DNA of 64,000 nucleotides from Pseudomonadota bacterium (GTDB lineage Bacteria; Pseudomonadota; Gammaproteobacteria; Eutrophobiales; Eutrophobiaceae): NCBI GenBank assembly GCA_013112535.1, contig JABFGI010000001.1, positions 581,243 to 645,242 of the forward strand, read 5' to 3'. Shown piece by piece: positions 61,087 to 64,000 of this stretch (position 1 is its first letter; each line of letters starts with the position of its first letter). The notes under the pieces were generated by a model. It saw only the letters and a program-made list of their open reading frames with translations, ran no database searches and was not told where the DNA came from. The position numbers and the translations under genes were made by a program.

Positions 61087-61731
61087 CTATATGTTGTGCT
61101 TTTTTCCATTAAACATTGCTTTGACCAGGTTTTCACCATGTAACCGACTGGAAACAACCACTCCAGCAACATGTAAAAAAATAAGTAGCAACATCAGATT
61201 CGATGAAATTTCGTGTATTTCTTCCCAAAACTCCTCTCCTTCTTTGTCTCCTTTGTAGCCAGATTCATATTCATCGTCTTCATCATCTTCGTATTCATTA
61301 CTATCCGCATAACTGGAATTGATAATCGTTAGTGTCGGAGTATTAGCGGCAAGAAGCCCTTTACCTTCTTCTATAGCATAGACCTTGAGTCCGCTTATCG
61401 TTACAACGACGAGACAAGTTAACATTGCCACGATCATGTATCCACCAGCCGGATTATGCCCCAGGTAATGTTCCGGTTTTTTAGCCATTAAACTTTTAAG
61501 GTATTGAGTAAGTCTTTTTGGTGAGTAGATGAAATTTTTAAACCGTGCATGATGACTACCGATAAAACCCCATGCCAGTCGAAATGAAATTAGTCCCAGC
61601 ACGACATATCCGGCATAAATATGCACACTACTTTCTTCTTCACCGCTTAGATATGCAACAGTAAAAGCCAGCACCAGACTCCAGTGAAAAATTCTGACTA
61701 ATGGATCCCAGACACGAATTTCGTTGCTCAT
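61087..61731 (-). CDS. Cytochrome b561 / Ni-Fe-hydrogenase-type b cytochrome family membrane protein with an acidic insertion
   Basis: RIFHWSLV...HIYAGYVVL...GH heme-ligand His pattern; DE-rich loop EYEDDEDDEYESGYK. Confidence 0.65.
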   Translation of the reverse strand: MSNEIRVWDPLVRIFHWSLVLAFTVAYLSGEEESSVHIYAGYVVLGLISFRLAWGFIGSHHARFKNFIYSPKRLTQYLKSLMAKKPEHYLGHNPAGGYMIVAMLTCLVVVTISGLKVYAIEEGKGLLAANTPTLTIINSSYADSNEYEDDEDDEYESGYKGDKEGEEFWEEIHEISSNLMLLLIFLHVAGVVVSSRLHGENLVKAMFNGKKHNI

Positions 61732-61870
61732 TTCAATTCCTTCATTTAATTAAGTTAGAATTAATCATTGTGTATTTGATACAAAAAATCATCGGACAAA
61801 TGCGATAAAAAGCAACGTATGGTACATTTGCCCTATATCATAAGTTACTGTTATTAAAGAGGAAGCCATT

Positions 61871-62377
61871 TTGTACAGACCTCAGGTAAAAGAAGCTATT
61901 ATCTTTATCCTTATTTTTACCATCGTAGTTGTCGCTAGTGGAGCCGATCTTATCGACGATCTTTCTCATGGTGCTGACACGGGACATATTGTCAAAGAAG
62001 CAATCATCGTCTTTTTTTCTTTTTTAGCGATTGTCTGGTTTCTAATAGAATTACTTAAGCAAAAACGTGAAATTAAATCTTTGCAGCTAGCCCTGAAAAC
62101 GGCAACAAAACCGAAAACAGTTCCTGATGAATATGTACTTGAAACACGTAAGCAACTTCGCGATGTTATTACACAGCAGTTTTCGGACTGGAATCTGACA
62201 AGCAGTGAAATAGAGATAGGTTGGTTACTGTTAAAAGGTTTGAGTCTCAAAGAAATTGCAATTATCAGAAATACACAGGAAAAAACAGTCCGACAACAGG
62301 CGTCAGCAATTTATAAAAAATCCGCTATTGAAGGTCGCCATGCTTTTTCAGCATGGTTTATCGAGGATATCCTTTAA
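61871..62377 (+). CDS. Membrane-anchored LuxR/GerE-type HTH regulator
   Basis: Two N-terminal hydrophobic helices plus C-terminal LuxR HTH (EIEIGWLLLKGLSLKEIAIIRNTQEKTVRQQASAIYKK). Confidence 0.6.
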   Translation: MYRPQVKEAIIFILIFTIVVVASGADLIDDLSHGADTGHIVKEAIIVFFSFLAIVWFLIELLKQKREIKSLQLALKTATKPKTVPDEYVLETRKQLRDVITQQFSDWNLTSSEIEIGWLLLKGLSLKEIAIIRNTQEKTVRQQASAIYKKSAIEGRHAFSAWFIEDIL

Positions 62378-62404
62378 ATCTTTATAGTAAAGACACATAT
62401 TGAA

Positions 62405-63238
62405 ATGGGAAAAAAATTAAAACGACTATTTCTATCATTAATTTTCATACTTCTATCTACCTGGCTATCTTTAAATATTATGTTTCATTTTTTTCAATCA
62501 AATTTTATCTACTTCCCTGATAATACAGTTGTAACAACGCCAGATTACCTGTCTCTTGATTATGAAGACCTGACATTGAAAACAAATGATGGCATTGAAC
62601 TTAATGCATGGTGGATACCTAACCCGAATGCACGAGCAACCTTACTCTTTTTTCACGGAAATGCTGGAAATATTTCTCATCGACTCGGCAGCATAAACAT
62701 ATTTCATAAACTTGGCTTGTCCGTATTTATCATCGATTATCGCGGTTATGGCAAAAGTACCGGTAAACCTACTGAAAAAGGCACTTACATTGATGCTGAA
62801 ACAGCCTGGAATTATTTAATTAAAGAAAAGAATGTCAAACCAGACAACATTATCATCTTTGGCCGTTCATTAGGTGGTGCAATTGCTGCATGGCTTGCCG
62901 AAAAGCATCAAGCCACCGGATTGATTATTGAATCAAGTTTTACTTCAATTGCAGAGATAGGGAAACATTATTATCCCTATTTGCCAACCAGCTTATTGGC
63001 ACGTATTAAATATCCGTCTATTAACCGAATGCAAAACATACACAGCCCGGTGCTTGTTATTCATAGCGCCACTGATGAAATTGTTCCCTACAAATTTGGA
63101 CAGGATTTATTTAACGCCGCCAACGAACCTAAAACATTTCTGGATATCCAAGGTAATCATAATGACGGATATATGTTTAGTGGTAATACCTATATCAATG
63201 GTCTTAATCATTTCATCTCTGGTATCGTTCAAGAATGA
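62405..63238 (+). CDS. Alpha/beta-fold hydrolase
   Basis: HGNAGN oxyanion region, nucleophile elbow GRSLGG, catalytic Asp/His downstream; 277 aa. Confidence 0.7.
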   Translation: MGKKLKRLFLSLIFILLSTWLSLNIMFHFFQSNFIYFPDNTVVTTPDYLSLDYEDLTLKTNDGIELNAWWIPNPNARATLLFFHGNAGNISHRLGSINIFHKLGLSVFIIDYRGYGKSTGKPTEKGTYIDAETAWNYLIKEKNVKPDNIIIFGRSLGGAIAAWLAEKHQATGLIIESSFTSIAEIGKHYYPYLPTSLLARIKYPSINRMQNIHSPVLVIHSATDEIVPYKFGQDLFNAANEPKTFLDIQGNHNDGYMFSGNTYINGLNHFISGIVQE

Positions 63239-64000
63239 AGTTTCTGACTATAATAGAAAAGACAGGGAATAAACTGCCTGATCCAGCAAGCCTGTTTGTC
63301 ATAGGCACAATCATTATTTTTTTTCTATCGGCAATAATCTCTTCGATTGGCTTGTCTGTTGTTGATCCGAAAGGCAATACAATCAGCGCATTTAATTTAA
63401 TGTCTTCTGCTGGCACATGGTGGATGTTATCTACCATGGTAAATAATTTCATTCTCTTCCCACCTCTCGGCATTGTTCTTGTTGGAATGTTAGGTATTGG
63501 ACTTGCAGAAAAAACCGGTTTCCTGCCTGCGCTGTTACACTTTTGCATCACGCATGTTAATAAACGTTTTTTAACACCGGCAACAATGTTGTTGGGCATT
63601 CTTTCATCCATTGCATTGGATGCTGGCTATGTTGTTTTAATTCCAGTTGCGGCGGCACTTTATATTGCTGCGGGACGATCACCTTTAACCGGTATTGCAG
63701 TTTCTTTTGCCGGAGTATCTGCTGGCTTTAGTGCAAACTTTTTTATAACGGCACTTGATCCTTTGCTTGCCGGTTTTACTCAGGCAGGCGCGCAAATCAT
63801 CGATCCAGATTATCAAGTGGCCATCACCGGTAACTGGTGGTTCATGATAGTTTCTTCTGTTGTATTAACATTGACCGGCTGGTTTGTTACCGAACGTTTT
63901 GTTGAACCTTCAGTAGAAGGTGTTGCCAATCAGAACCTGAATGATGATTATGTAAAAGCTGGCAGTAATGAAAAACGGGCTTTACTTTATTCATCTTCGT
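63235..64000 (+). CDS. AbgT/MtrF-family transporter; 3' end beyond the window
   Basis: Open frame from the ATG at 63235 (ATGA overlap with the upstream gene) to the window end; AbgT pattern MKFLTIIEKTGNKLPDP... Confidence 0.7.
   Translation, partial: MKFLTIIEKTGNKLPDPASLFVIGTIIIFFLSAIISSIGLSVVDPKGNTISAFNLMSSAGTWWMLSTMVNNFILFPPLGIVLVGMLGIGLAEKTGFLPALLHFCITHVNKRFLTPATMLLGILSSIALDAGYVVLIPVAAALYIAAGRSPLTGIAVSFAGVSAGFSANFFITALDPLLAGFTQAGAQIIDPDYQVAITGNWWFMIVSSVVLTLTGWFVTERFVEPSVEGVANQNLNDDYVKAGSNEKRALLYSSS

Overview
This is an AT-rich gammaproteobacterial chromosomal window. The placement rests on three conserved housekeeping syntenies: mltG-tmk-holB-pilZ-tatD, uvrC-pgsA-tRNAGly-tRNACys-tRNALeu, and ftsK-lolA-rarA-(crcB-DUF190)-serS. 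The central third (about 14.7-36.6 kb) is an accessory locus built around an 11.2 kb gene for a 3748-aa RTX/FG-GAP/cadherin-like giant adhesin. It is bracketed by a type I secretion ABC transporter with a degenerate C39-like domain and a HlyD adaptor on one side, and a HigBA pair on the other. Between the T1SS genes and the adhesin start lies a 5.5 kb mosaic. It holds two silent partial paralogues of one internal roughly 700-bp adhesin segment, one intact and one deleted copy of an IS200-like Y1-HUH transposase element carrying a C-terminal HTH and flanked by 24-bp inverted repeats (REPtron-like), four further solo copies of that repeat sitting on cassette/ORF junctions, duplicated lipase-3-like N-terminal fragments, a truncated ORF6N gene and a BrnTA toxin-antitoxin pair. 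I read this as a candidate cassette-based variation or recombination hotspot for the giant adhesin. Other notable items are a group I (IC3-like) intron inside the tRNA-Leu(UAA) anticodon loop, a 1.7 kb tyrosine-recombinase mini-element bounded by 21-bp perfect direct repeats next to a chemoreceptor gene remnant, an orphan YefM-like antitoxin, a 32-bp-arm inverted repeat upstream of serS, pntAB, trxB, and a heavy-metal RND efflux operon (OMF-MFP-CusA/CzcA type).
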